IMG/VR virus record: IMGVR_UViG_3300045410_000063
Coordinates: 1-40,101 of that record
Reading direction: 5' to 3' (one strand)
DNA: 40,101 bases
Source: a virus
Lineage: Duplodnaviria; Caudoviricetes
Positions 1-8,261 of the stretch are shown piece after piece (the first letter of the stretch is position 1; each line of letters begins with the position of its first letter). The position numbers and the translations under genes are program-made. The notes below the pieces were generated by a model. The model made no database searches, had not been told where the DNA came from, and saw only the letters and a program-made list of their open reading frames with translations.

Positions 1-55
1 GTCCGCCGGCGACGACCCCTCGATGGGGGGTGGGGGGTTCGTCACAGGGCCGGAC
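1..55 (-). terminator. Imperfect inverted repeat downstream of integrase (terminator-like, or part of an att site)
   Basis: GTCCG...GACGACCCC / GGGGTTCGTC...CGGAC arms about 40 nt past the integrase stop. Confidence 0.35.
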
Positions 56-97
56 GTTAGACGAGGGTGTCGGAGCGTGCCCGTGCGTGCACACATC

Positions 98-1534
98 TCA
101 GACGCGCCACACGATCTCGCCTTTCGGTGGCAGGACCCGGGCGGTGTCGAAGAAGTTGCGGCCCCGCACTGCCGGTCCCACCATCACCCGGTCGATCGCC
201 CCGGCCAGGACCGCCCGCCGCAGGTCGAACGACGGCAACGCCTCCCACCGTTCCCGCAACGTCCCCGGGCCCACCAGCCGCCGCAACACCGACCCACGCG
301 CCCCCACCGCGAGCGTCGCCGCCAGATCCACACGCCGGGCCTCCAGCTGCTGGCGGGCAGACAACCATTCGCGGCGGCCCATCTTCCCGGCCGCCCACAT
401 TCCCGCCAGTTCGTCGAGTTGGCGTTCCACGTCGCCCAGCGCGGCCGCCGACGGTGGTTCGTCGCGGCGCTGGGCGAGGGCCCGGTCGAGGCCGTCACCG
501 TCGAGGACCCGCAGCAGTTCGTCGACGACCAACCCCTCCAGCGGGTCGGCCAGGATCCGGATCTTGCCGCAGCCCGAGAACCCGGGCCCGGACGCGCAGA
601 TGTAGCAGCGGCGCCCGTCGGCTTTCGGTCGGGCGTGCAGCTGCGCGCCACACAACGCGCACCTCGCCAGGCCCCCGGTCAGGAGGTAGGAGCGGGGATG
701 CCGGTTCGTGCGCCGGGCCGGGTCCTTGAGGAGCCGGCACACCGCCTCCCACGTGGAGCGGTCCACGATCGCCGGCCACAGGGCGTCGGCGGCGACCTCG
801 CCGCGATGTGATCGCAGGCCAGCGATCCGGGCGGACAGCAGCAGCCTGCGGACAACGAACGGGTTCCACGGTCCGCCGGTGACGGTGGCCACGGCCCGAC
901 GGTTGAGGTCGGCGGTGACGCCGCGCAGGGATTCGCCGGCGGCGACCCGGTTGGCGATCTCCCGGACGATGGCCGCTTCGGACTCGCGGACGGTGACCCG
1001 GTCGGCCTCGAACCCGAACGGGCGGATGCCGCCCCCGGAGATCTTCCCGGCTTGGGCGAGCGCGAGGTGCATGCGCTGCTCGCGTTCGGACTTGATCTCT
1101 CGTTCGTAGCGGGAGGCGGCGGCGAGCTGGCGGGCCAGGTAGCGGCCGGGGGCGGTGGTCAGGTCGTAGGAGCCGGTGAGCACGGTGGCGATCTGTACGC
1201 CGGTGCGGTCGATCAGGTCGATGAGGTCTTCGAGTTCGCGGGGGTGGCCGAGGACGCGGTCGGGGTGGTAGGCGACGAGTCCTTTGATGCGGCCGGCGCG
1301 CAGGTCGTCGAGGCAGCGGTCGTATTCGGGGCGCCCGGTGACCCACCGGCCGTCCCGGCCGAACCTGCCCCGGAACGCGGAGCGGTCGTTGTCGCTGTAG
1401 GTCTCGACGATGGTCCAGCCGTGGGTGGCGGCGAGTCTGTCGGTGTCGATGCGTTGGCGTTCGACGCCGAGGCCGAGGCCGGGAACGTCCTTGCTGATGC
1501 GCAGTACCTGGCCCACCGGGAGGGGTTTCGCCAC
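98..1534 (-). CDS. int: Large serine recombinase (phage integrase)
   Basis: N-terminal resolvase domain (LRIS with catalytic Ser, VERQ, YSDNDRSA, RPEYDR, DRV), recombinase domain (RPFGF...ESEAAIVREI), Zn ribbon (CALCG...YIC...GC) and coiled coil. Probable start is GTG 1534, not the ORF-track start at 1705. Confidence 0.95.
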   Translation of the reverse strand: MAKPLPVGQVLRISKDVPGLGLGVERQRIDTDRLAATHGWTIVETYSDNDRSAFRGRFGRDGRWVTGRPEYDRCLDDLRAGRIKGLVAYHPDRVLGHPRELEDLIDLIDRTGVQIATVLTGSYDLTTAPGRYLARQLAAASRYEREIKSEREQRMHLALAQAGKISGGGIRPFGFEADRVTVRESEAAIVREIANRVAAGESLRGVTADLNRRAVATVTGGPWNPFVVRRLLLSARIAGLRSHRGEVAADALWPAIVDRSTWEAVCRLLKDPARRTNRHPRSYLLTGGLARCALCGAQLHARPKADGRRCYICASGPGFSGCGKIRILADPLEGLVVDELLRVLDGDGLDRALAQRRDEPPSAAALGDVERQLDELAGMWAAGKMGRREWLSARQQLEARRVDLAATLAVGARGSVLRRLVGPGTLRERWEALPSFDLRRAVLAGAIDRVMVGPAVRGRNFFDTARVLPPKGEIVWRV

Positions 1535-1791
1535 GGTCAGGGAGCGTAGACCCCGTAGGAGGTTCACGCACTTTGCCGTGCGCCACAGTGGGGCGATGTC
1601 CCTCGACCCCTTTGGGGCAAACGCCCAGGTCAGGGGGCCTCGGCCGGGCGTGGCACGGTCAGTGTCGCACCCGCCGAGTAACCTGGAGGCCACCACCAAC
1701 ACCACCGGGGTTTCGCCGCCCCGGCGCCCGGGTCACGCCCGGGGACACCACACGTGTGCCGCCCCGCCTGTCGCGCGGGGCGGTGCCGCGT

Positions 1792-2073
1792 TCAGGCCGG
1801 CGGGGGGATGGCGACATCGCGGCCGCGCTCGTTGAGCTGTTGGGCGGCCGAGCGGGAGATGTCGAGCGCGTCGGCGATCTTGGCGTAGGACCAGCCGTCG
1901 ACGTGGAGTTCGGCGACGGCCCGGGCCCGCATGTCGGCGGCGAGCGCGACGAGGGCTTCGTGGTCGTCGAGGAGCCGACGGGCGTAGTCGTGGCGGACGA
2001 CCGGGTCGTCGTGGGCGTAGTAGCGGGCGATGATGGCGGCGCGGTACTGGGCGAGGCGGTCGGCAGGGGTCAC
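1792..2073 (-). CDS. Small helix-turn-helix DNA-binding protein
   Basis: RARAVAELHVDGWSYAKIADALDISRSAAQQL is a typical HTH. GTGA overlap with the upstream gene. Confidence 0.8.
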   Translation of the reverse strand: MTPADRLAQYRAAIIARYYAHDDPVVRHDYARRLLDDHEALVALAADMRARAVAELHVDGWSYAKIADALDISRSAAQQLNERGRDVAIPPPA

Positions 2074-2483
2074 TGGCGGTCCCAGCCGATCTCGGCGAGC
2101 AGCTCGGCGGCCAGGGTGGTCATCTCAACGGCAATGGCGTCGTCCTGGGTGAGCAGGGAGTCCTCGTCCCGGCGGGCCTCGACCTTGTCGTAGTCGAGCA
2201 GGTCCCAGATGCGAATGACGGGGATCTGCCAACCGGCCAGCTCGCCGGTGCCGCCGTTGGGGGCTCGGTCGAGCTGCTGCAGCGCGGCCTGGCGGTGGGT
2301 GCCGGTGTAGAGCCGGCCGGCGTCGATGTCGGCGACGAGGGGCGGGCCGGTCCAGATCCACTTGTCGGGGTCGGCGTCCATGGCGGCTGCGAGCGACTGC
2401 ACTTTCTCGGGCTCCCGCACGCCGTGCGGGGCATCCCACACGGTGATCGCGTGGGCGTCGACCAGAGTGACCGTCAGCTGCAT
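2070..2483 (-). CDS. Stand-alone ParB/Sulfiredoxin-like N-terminal domain protein
   Basis: EKVQSLAAAM...PPLV...LYTGTHRQAAL matches the ParB/Srx GxHRxxA pattern. Probable leaderless ATG at 2483. Confidence 0.7.
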   Translation of the reverse strand: MQLTVTLVDAHAITVWDAPHGVREPEKVQSLAAAMDADPDKWIWTGPPLVADIDAGRLYTGTHRQAALQQLDRAPNGGTGELAGWQIPVIRIWDLLDYDKVEARRDEDSLLTQDDAIAVEMTTLAAELLAEIGWDRQ

Positions 2484-2490
2484 ACCCATG

Positions 2491-2519
2491 ACTATACGGG
2501 GCAGCGGACCTTTCGTCAA
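2491..2519 (-). promoter_or_regulatory. Near-consensus sigma70/HrdB promoter, leaderless
   Basis: TTGACG-N17-TATAGT, with ATG 7 nt downstream of the -10. Confidence 0.8.
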
Positions 2520-2545
2520 CCCATCCCTATGCAGCCTGCCACCCT

Positions 2546-2561
2546 CCGAACATCTGTTCGG
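2546..2561. promoter_or_regulatory. LexA (SOS) box, Gram-positive/actinobacterial type
   Basis: cCGAAC-ATCT-GTTCGg matches CGAAC-N4-GTTCG. It is intergenic and immediately upstream of a -10-like TACCCT (2563-2568). Confidence 0.8.
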
Positions 2562-2574
2562 CTACCCTCGAGGT

Positions 2575-2748
2575 ATGGGGGAACCACACGACCGTGCCGA
2601 CGACCAGCTCCGCCAAGCCCGCCGGGTGCTGCGCCGCATCCAGGAAGGACCCTGGCCCGACCTCCGTCGGGCGCTCGCCGACGCCGAAGCGTTCCTCGCC
2701 GACACCGAACCGAAGCCGGTCAAGCAGGCGGAGAAGCGGGCGAGGTGA
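2575..2748 (+). CDS. 57-aa helical protein, putatively SOS-induced (antirepressor/induction factor candidate)
   Basis: MGEPHDRADDQLRQARRVLRRIQ...KRAR. The ATG is 6 nt after TACCCT (leaderless), behind the SOS box. Confidence 0.55.
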   Translation: MGEPHDRADDQLRQARRVLRRIQEGPWPDLRRALADAEAFLADTEPKPVKQAEKRAR

Positions 2749-3007
2749 TGAACTCGTCGAGCTTGGCCTTGGCCGCGGCCACCTCCGGGTTCGTGGCCTC
2801 CAGTTCGGCGAGGGCCTCGGCCAACGTGCGGGCGTGCTCGACCTGGTAGACGTCCTCGGCGTAGAGGCGGTCATCGTCGGTGGCCACAGCCCCGCATCCG
2901 CAGCCCTCGGCGCAGCATCGGGGCAATTGGTCCTCGGCGTCCTCGATGTCGTGCAGCACCGCCCCGTGAGGGCAGGGCGGCTCGTTCGGGCAGCGCCACC
3001 AGGTCAT
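2720..3007 (-). CDS. Hypothetical phage protein, Cys/His-rich N-terminus
   Basis: MTWWRCPNEPPCPH...H...CCAEGCGC. TGATG coupling with the upstream ORF. Confidence 0.65.
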   Translation of the reverse strand: MTWWRCPNEPPCPHGAVLHDIEDAEDQLPRCCAEGCGCGAVATDDDRLYAEDVYQVEHARTLAEALAELEATNPEVAAAKAKLDEFITSPASPPA

Positions 3008-3360
3008 CAGCCCTCGCCTCCGTTGTCGGGCGCCGGCCGTCGCATCCACGCTTCGCCGGCGGCGTCGATGCGGGTGGCCCACGGCTCAAGGTGAGCCCGC
3101 GGCGTGCACCACAGCCCGCACCTGGCGATCGCCCGGGACATCACGACGGCGTCTTCGTCCGCCCAGAACTCGGTGCCGGCCCGACGGTGAGCGAGGATCG
3201 CGGCCTGGCAGACCTCGCGCAGCACCGGCATTGGCAGCCAGCCGAGCAGACCGAGCGACGGATGCCCGGCCCTGTTCGCGCCGGCGGCCACGACGGTAGC
3301 GGCGGCCCGCGGGTTCGTCTCGGCGAGCGCCATCACCGTCAGGTCAAGGACGGTGGCCAT
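3007..3360 (-). CDS. Hypothetical phage protein
   Basis: 117-aa ORF coupled in the early operon, GGAGG RBS upstream. Confidence 0.6.
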   Translation of the reverse strand: MATVLDLTVMALAETNPRAAATVVAAGANRAGHPSLGLLGWLPMPVLREVCQAAILAHRRAGTEFWADEDAVVMSRAIARCGLWCTPRAHLEPWATRIDAAGEAWMRRPAPDNGGEG

Positions 3361-3482
3361 CAGCCGCCTCCGTCCCAGTCGATGGGCACCGCGTGGTACG
3401 TGGGGCGCCCGTAGATCTCGATTGGGATCCCCTCAGTGAGCGGGTCGCCGTCCCGGTGCTTGCCGCGGCGCGTGGATGACAC

Positions 3483-4172
3483 TCACCCTCCGGCCCTCCC
3501 CTGCGGCCGCCGGCTGCGGGCCTCCTTGGCCGCGGCCACTGACTCCTCCAGGGCGGCCATCAGGTCGACGACCTGGTCCTCGCCTCTGACCTTGGCGGCC
3601 ATGTCGAAGTCGGCCTGCGTCGGCGCCTCCGGCTCGTCGATCACGATCGGCTCGGGCTCCCATGGGGGCACGAGGCCACCGGGCGGCGGGTCCAGCTCGT
3701 CGGCCAGCTCCCGCATGCACTCGGCTGCCATGTGCGGCGACCGGAGGGACTGGTCCAGCTCATCGGCCTGCTCTCGCAGCGATTCGGCGGTGATGCGCCG
3801 CGATCGACGCAGCCTCTCGATCTCATCGACCAGCGCGGACACGACGTCGGAGCTGACGGCGGCGATGAACTCGGCGTCGTCGACGCGCTGGCCGACGGCG
3901 GTGTCGCCGTGATGCGGGCGGACGAAGGCCACCACGGGGTCGAGCACGTACTCCCGCTCGAAGAACGGGCAGCCATGACACGAGCCGCGCGGCTCATCGC
4001 ATGAGGTCTTCCACGCGGGCACCTCGCACTCGGGGAACTCGATGTCGTCGTACGCGGCGCCCTTTGCTGTGCTGGCGATCCGGCTGTAGCCGTCGAAGAA
4101 CCAGGGGCCCGGCGTCGCGGCCCCGGCCAGCTCGCGCAGCTCGGCCAGCCGCTCGGGGGTCAGGTCGCTCAT
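3483..4172 (-). CDS. Ead/Ea22-like protein with a Ku-like C-terminal helix
   Basis: LAELRELAGAATPGPW...DAEFIAA..SDVVSALVDEIERLR is the Ea22-type signature. C-terminus VVDLMAALEESVAAAKEAR. Confidence 0.75.
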   Translation of the reverse strand: MSDLTPERLAELRELAGAATPGPWFFDGYSRIASTAKGAAYDDIEFPECEVPAWKTSCDEPRGSCHGCPFFEREYVLDPVVAFVRPHHGDTAVGQRVDDAEFIAAVSSDVVSALVDEIERLRRSRRITAESLREQADELDQSLRSPHMAAECMRELADELDPPPGGLVPPWEPEPIVIDEPEAPTQADFDMAAKVRGEDQVVDLMAALEESVAAAKEARSRRPQGRAGG

Positions 4173-4648
4173 CGGTCGGTCCTCCGGTACTCGGCCTCGA
4201 TCCGGTCAAGCAGAGCGGCCCGCAGGTCGTCGTCGAGCGCCCGGACTAGTCGGCGGGCCTCGTGCCGGGGGCCACGGCACACCAGCTCGAAGATGCGGAT
4301 GTACGTGCCGTGCGGGTCGGCGCCCACGGTCTCGGGGGTGATGGGCTCGGGGGCAACCCATCCGTGGCCAGGCGTCCACCGGGCGCCGCGCTCCCGGCAT
4401 CGGGCGAGGCGCGGGAAGTCGGGCAGGGTGGGGCCGACGGCGGCCATGAGCGACAGCGCGTCGGCGGGCTCCCCGACCGCCAGCAGTCCGAGTCGGGCGA
4501 TGCACGCCTCGCACGCCATGTCGGCGCCATAGCTGGCGTACGCCGAGCGGCCGTGGGCGAAGCACGCCGGCGGGTCCGCGTACTTTGGGCGCGTCCACGT
4601 CAAGCACCCATGACGAGCGATGACGCGCAGAGCCTCGATCGGCGTCAC
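4169..4648 (-). CDS. Hypothetical phage protein
   Basis: GTG 4648 overlaps the upstream stop (GTGA). Scattered Cys/His residues. Confidence 0.6.
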   Translation of the reverse strand: MTPIEALRVIARHGCLTWTRPKYADPPACFAHGRSAYASYGADMACEACIARLGLLAVGEPADALSLMAAVGPTLPDFPRLARCRERGARWTPGHGWVAPEPITPETVGADPHGTYIRIFELVCRGPRHEARRLVRALDDDLRAALLDRIEAEYRRTDR

Positions 4649-4839
4649 CCCTCGGCCCCCCCCGTGAGCCCGCGGGCCTCGGCCACACGGCGGCCCTCGT
4701 CGGTGGCGGTTCCCGGTGCCCCGCAGTTTGAGCAGGGGCCGACGCCGTGCCAGCGTTCCTGTCCGCATCCGGGACAGCGGACGACCTTGGGGCCGTCCGC
4801 CTCGATGTCCCGGCCGGCGTTCGGTTGGGTGGCCATCAC
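4645..4839 (-). CDS. Small Zn-ribbon-like protein
   Basis: CPGC...CSNC, AAGGAG RBS, coupled on both sides. Confidence 0.6.
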   Translation of the reverse strand: MMATQPNAGRDIEADGPKVVRCPGCGQERWHGVGPCSNCGAPGTATDEGRRVAEARGLTGGAEG

Positions 4840-5195
4840 GGCTCCTTTCTAACGAACCGGGGACAATCGCAGGAACGGCAGACGTCCCGTGGGCCATAGA
4901 GCTGGTGGGTGTCGCGATGGTGCCCACAGACGCACTGGAGCGTGACCAGCTCGGCGACATACAACGCCAGCTTGGAGGCGTAGTCGCAGTGACCGACCGC
5001 TGAGGTCTCGATCCGCTCGACGTCCTCGACCGTCACGCTCCGGTCGTACCCGGCGTGCGCCGCCCACTCGCGTGCTGCCGTGGCCACGGCAGCACGCTCA
5101 CGCTCAACCCAGTCCTCGTGTTGGGCTCGGTGGTCCATCTCGGCACGGAGCGCCTTGTAGATATGCTCGTGGCAGGCAAGCCTCGGCGACATCAC
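4836..5195 (-). CDS. Hypothetical protein with C-terminal CxCGH...H...CxxCxC metal-binding motif
   Basis: CVCGHHRDTH...CRSCDC, GGAGG RBS. Confidence 0.65.
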   Translation of the reverse strand: MMSPRLACHEHIYKALRAEMDHRAQHEDWVERERAAVATAAREWAAHAGYDRSVTVEDVERIETSAVGHCDYASKLALYVAELVTLQCVCGHHRDTHQLYGPRDVCRSCDCPRFVRKEP

Positions 5196-5383
5196 GCACC
5201 TCCCGGCTGGCGCTCGGCGAGCGAGCGGAGCAGGTCGTCGTAGCCGTCGGGGATCTCGTCGGCCAGGGCGGACAGGACGGAGTCGGCGGCGCCCTTGGTG
5301 TCCCCGGCGTAGCTCTCCTCGCTGTGCCGGCGCAGCGCGGTCAGAATGATGCCGCGCAACTGGTCCTCCGGGTCGCGGGCCAT
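5192..5383 (-). CDS. Hypothetical phage protein
   Basis: MARDPEDQLRG..., GAGGAG RBS, coupled. Confidence 0.6.
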   Translation of the reverse strand: MARDPEDQLRGIILTALRRHSEESYAGDTKGAADSVLSALADEIPDGYDDLLRSLAERQPGGA

Positions 5384-5751
5384 CACGGCTCCTCTCGATC
5401 GTACTCGTAGGCCTTGTGCCAGTTGTCGATTCGCACCCTGGTGGTGCTGGCCCCGTCGACCGGCCCGCCCTGGTAGTTGGTGAGGGTTCGCACCTGGATG
5501 AACCGGGTCGAGCACCTGCCCGCCCGGCCTGGAGGGCTGTAGGTGCCGTCGATCTCGCCGAGCACTACGACGGTCCGCTTGTTGTACTGCCGGGCCTTCT
5601 CACGCCACACCTGGCCCGGCTCCGGCTCACGGCGTTCACCCTTGGCGACGGGCGCCCGCACGACCTCGACGATGACGTCGAGCTGCCGGTTGGTGAGCTC
5701 GTCGAGCATCGGATGGGCGGCCAGCCGGTCGCGTAGGTCGTCAGCCATCAC
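5383..5751 (-). CDS. Hypothetical phage protein (possible SH3-like beta domain)
   Basis: PEPGQVWRE...RTVVVL pattern, coupled. Confidence 0.6.
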   Translation of the reverse strand: MMADDLRDRLAAHPMLDELTNRQLDVIVEVVRAPVAKGERREPEPGQVWREKARQYNKRTVVVLGEIDGTYSPPGRAGRCSTRFIQVRTLTNYQGGPVDGASTTRVRIDNWHKAYEYDREEP

Positions 5752-5978
5752 GGCACCGAGTCCGGGTCGCCGCCGTCGTTGGGGATGCCCGTGATCTGGG
5801 CGACGACGGCCCGTTCACTGATCGCCCCGTCGCGCTCGCCGATCAGGCGCTCGTTCAGATCCTTGTCGATGACCACGAGGGCTCCCGACCACGAGATGAG
5901 CTTCAGGCGTGAGGGCCAGCGACGAGCGAGCCGCCGCAGCGCGGCAATGGCCTGGGCCTCGGTGTAGGTCTCACCCAC
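5748..5978 (-). CDS. Hypothetical phage protein
   Basis: 76-aa ORF ending GIPNDGGDPD, GGAGG RBS. Confidence 0.6.
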   Translation of the reverse strand: MGETYTEAQAIAALRRLARRWPSRLKLISWSGALVVIDKDLNERLIGERDGAISERAVVAQITGIPNDGGDPDSVP

Positions 5979-6336
5979 GGTCCACCTCCCCGGTGCCGGC
6001 GACCCGGTACAGGGGCACGGCGTCGGGGTCGAGGGTCATCGAGGCCTTGTCGACGCTCGCCGGCTCGTCGGGATCGGCGGGGAAGTAGCCGGCCCGGTAC
6101 TCCTGGCCGAACGCCAAGACCGTCGGTCGCTCCAGCACTCCGGCCTCGACGGCGGCGGCCACGAACGCCTCGCGGCCGAGGGTGTCGGCCAGCCACGCCA
6201 CCGCGTCCCTGCGGGCTGTGCGGTGGTCGACGGTGTCACGCAGGACCGCCTTCAGGTCGTCGATGTCGACCGTGGTCATCCACGTGTTCAGGAGGTCCTC
6301 GAAGTCGGCGGCGGCCGTCACGGGGTTACGGGCCAT
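5971..6336 (-). CDS. Hypothetical phage protein
   Basis: 121 aa, AAGGAG RBS, in operon. Confidence 0.65.
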   Translation of the reverse strand: MARNPVTAAADFEDLLNTWMTTVDIDDLKAVLRDTVDHRTARRDAVAWLADTLGREAFVAAAVEAGVLERPTVLAFGQEYRAGYFPADPDEPASVDKASMTLDPDAVPLYRVAGTGEVDRG

Positions 6337-6337
6337 G

Positions 6338-6610
6338 TCAGGTCTCCTTGCGGCGGTTGATGGCGTCGGTCAGCTCGGCGTACATGGTGGCGATGTCCGG
6401 CGGCATCACGCGCCCCTGGTAGATGGCGGTCAGGTTGTCCCGGGCCTCGACCGCGGTCGCCGGATCGGGCGCATAGACGGAACGGCGTAGCTCGGCCCTC
6501 GCCCGGCGGGACTCGAACGGGGTCACCGGACCGCTCCTGCCAACTCGCGCAGCCAGGCGGCGAGCGTCGGCCACGGCAGCCTCGCAAGGGTGGCGCCGAT
6601 AGCGGGCCAT
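6338..6610 (-). CDS. Hypothetical phage protein
   Basis: ATG 6610 just after the upstream stop, GGGAG RBS. Confidence 0.6.
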   Translation of the reverse strand: MARYRRHPCEAAVADARRLAARVGRSGPVTPFESRRARAELRRSVYAPDPATAVEARDNLTAIYQGRVMPPDIATMYAELTDAINRRKET

Positions 6611-6612
6611 GG

Positions 6613-6792
6613 TCAGATCTCCCAGTCGTCGAAGTCGACGGGCGGGTTGACCCGCTCGCAGTCGTGACACAGGCACCACGGGGTGCTCGTGCACCCATCG
6701 GCGGGCTCGGCCACCTCGTGGCGGGCGGGCCGGTCGATCGGGTCGATGTCGGCGACGTCGTGGCGGTCGTCGAGGGCGTGGGAGCGGCTCAT
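6613..6792 (-). CDS. Small Cys-rich hypothetical protein
   Basis: CTSTPWCLCHDC, GAGGAG RBS, ATGA overlap. Confidence 0.55.
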   Translation of the reverse strand: MSRSHALDDRHDVADIDPIDRPARHEVAEPADGCTSTPWCLCHDCERVNPPVDFDDWEI

Positions 6793-6947
6793 CGGGCGCT
6801 CCTCGGGCAGGTCTGTTCGTGGCGGCGGGCGGTCTCGTCGACGGCGCTGATCGGGCTGGCGGGCACGACGCACACCGACCGGCACGCCGTGCACGTCAGG
6901 CGCACCAGGTCGGCCGGGTCGATCAAGCGCTCACGGGCGATGGTCAC
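6789..6947 (-). CDS. Small C2HC Zn-finger-like protein
   Basis: CTAC...HEQTC, GGAGG RBS, GTGA overlap. Confidence 0.55.
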   Translation of the reverse strand: MTIARERLIDPADLVRLTCTACRSVCVVPASPISAVDETARRHEQTCPRSAR

Positions 6948-7249
6948 GACGCCTCCAGTCCAGCGAACGGGTCGGCCTCGTGGGCGGGCGTGGGGAGCAT
7001 CCCCTCCAGCCGCTCCAGCACCGCGGCGACGGTGATCTCCGAGGGCGGGCGTCGCCCGGCGGCGACGGCGAGGCCCTCCCACTCGGGCTCACCGAACTCG
7101 CAGGCGGTGGCGAGGGCGCCGTTGACGACGGCCACGAAGTCGGCGCCGACGAGCAGGCGGGTGTGGCCACGGAGCAGGGCGTTGGTCAGGTCGGTGACCT
7201 TGCGCTCCCGGGCGGCGGCCTCGAACGGGTTGGGGGTCGTCGTGGTCAT
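6944..7249 (-). CDS. Hypothetical phage protein
   Basis: 101 aa, GAGGA RBS, in operon. Confidence 0.65.
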   Translation of the reverse strand: MTTTTPNPFEAAARERKVTDLTNALLRGHTRLLVGADFVAVVNGALATACEFGEPEWEGLAVAAGRRPPSEITVAAVLERLEGMLPTPAHEADPFAGLEAS

Positions 7250-7252
7250 CGG

Positions 7253-7771
7253 TCAGTCCTCGTCCTTGATGCGGATCAGGTGCTTGTCCTCGCCACCGAT
7301 CTCGATCGCCGCGGCGTGGTGTTCGGCCGTCAAGGCCTTGCGGTTGTCCTCGGGGATCAGCCCAACCCGGCGGGCACGGAACAGGGCCATGAGGGCCGCG
7401 TCCTGCATCCAGCGGTCGACGTCAGCGAGGGCTGCACGGAGCGCCACGAGCGACAGATACGAGGCCGGGTTCACTCGGTTCCGGTTGCGCTCCGCGAGGA
7501 GCGAGGTGACGGTGTCGGTGATGCGGGAAGCAAGGTCGGTGGGCTTGGACACGGGCGCCTCCTCGACGGCGAGGATGTGCTCGAACTGGCGGCCGACCTT
7601 GCGGCTGGTGACGAGGCCGGCGGCGTTGAGCTTGCAGCGCTGCGCTCCGGTGAGCGTCCAGCCGTGGCGGGCCTTGAGGGCGTTGTTGGTGATCCAGGCG
7701 GTGGCCTTGAGGGCGGCCAGGACCTTGCGGTCGGAGCCGGTGAGCTTGGCGGCGGTAGTGGTCGCTGGCAT
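7253..7771 (-). CDS. Putative tandem winged-helix DNA-binding protein, first gene of the leftward early operon
   Basis: N-terminal RKVLAAL...LNAAGLVTSRKVGR wHTH-like region. C-terminal YLSLVALRAAL...LIPEDNRKALT...IGGEDKHLI resembles a conserved actinobacterial wHTH-like family. Leaderless ATG. Confidence 0.65.
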   Translation of the reverse strand: MPATTTAAKLTGSDRKVLAALKATAWITNNALKARHGWTLTGAQRCKLNAAGLVTSRKVGRQFEHILAVEEAPVSKPTDLASRITDTVTSLLAERNRNRVNPASYLSLVALRAALADVDRWMQDAALMALFRARRVGLIPEDNRKALTAEHHAAAIEIGGEDKHLIRIKDED

Positions 7772-7777
7772 GACTCC

Positions 7778-7815
7778 ATGATCCTCCCGCACGCCCCACC
7801 TGTCAATGACTTTCC
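7778..7815 (-). promoter_or_regulatory. Leftward leaderless promoter with shared motif GGAAAGTCATTGACA
   Basis: TTGACA-N17-GATCAT-N6-ATG. Confidence 0.7.
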
Positions 7816-7834
7816 TGGAAGTTTTCTCTCTGAC

Positions 7835-7872
7835 GGAACTTCATTGACAATGGAGAGAGAGGGGCGCATGCT
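7835..7872 (+). promoter_or_regulatory. Rightward leaderless promoter with shared motif GGAACTTCATTGACA
   Basis: TTGACA-N17-CATGCT-N7-ATG. Confidence 0.7.
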
Positions 7873-7879
7873 GGGCTCC

Positions 7880-8242
7880 ATGGCCACGTTCCCGACCACC
7901 CTCCCCGACGCGGGTACCGTCACGGTCATGCCGTCACGGAAAAAGCCTGAAGCACACGCTGACCGCCCCGTCGGGCCCGCCCAGATCATCCGGAGGCTCG
8001 GGCTCACCAACAACCAGTTCGACGGGTTCCGCCGCTACCAGTCCGCGAGCGATCCGAAGATGGACGTGCCGCCGCCGGACTGGGCGGTCGTGGGTGGGGG
8101 GCCGGCGTGGTGGACGTCGACGATCGACGGGTGGGCGAAGTACCGGGAGCTCAAGCCGGTGATGTCGTGGGCTGAGGCGTGTGAGCCGCAGCCCCGGAAG
8201 CCTTCGCCGAAGCGTGCGCCCCGGCAGTCCTCTCCCAACTGA
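7880..8242 (+). CDS. AlpA/Xis-like HTH regulator (repressor or directionality-factor candidate)
   Basis: VGPAQIIRRLGLTNNQF...PPPDW..VGGGPAWWTSTIDGW has the AlpA-type P-x-P / W-x3-I-x2-W pattern. Divergent from the early operon. Confidence 0.7.
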   Translation: MATFPTTLPDAGTVTVMPSRKKPEAHADRPVGPAQIIRRLGLTNNQFDGFRRYQSASDPKMDVPPPDWAVVGGGPAWWTSTIDGWAKYRELKPVMSWAEACEPQPRKPSPKRAPRQSSPN

Positions 8243-8261
8243 CTCACGGGAATATCGTCAC

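Noticed and set aside
1495-1515. Integrase motif reads QVLRIS rather than YxRxS, suggesting a possible frameshift
   Set aside because: The alternative frame containing TAC hits a stop upstream with no start codon. The catalytic Ser and the rest of the ORF are intact, so it is treated as a substitution.
1535-1705. N-terminal extension of the integrase given by the ORF track
   Set aside because: Serine recombinases begin a few residues before the catalytic motif. GTG 1534 fits, and the extension has no recognisable domain.
1540-1790. Possible att site upstream of int
   Set aside because: Only short GC-rich inverted repeats are present. attL/attR cannot be assigned without the other prophage end or an empty site.
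3360-3482. Possible 40-aa ORF (MSSTRRGKHRDG...) filling a gap in the early operon
   Set aside because: Its position and coupling are plausible, but it is too short and featureless to support as a feature.
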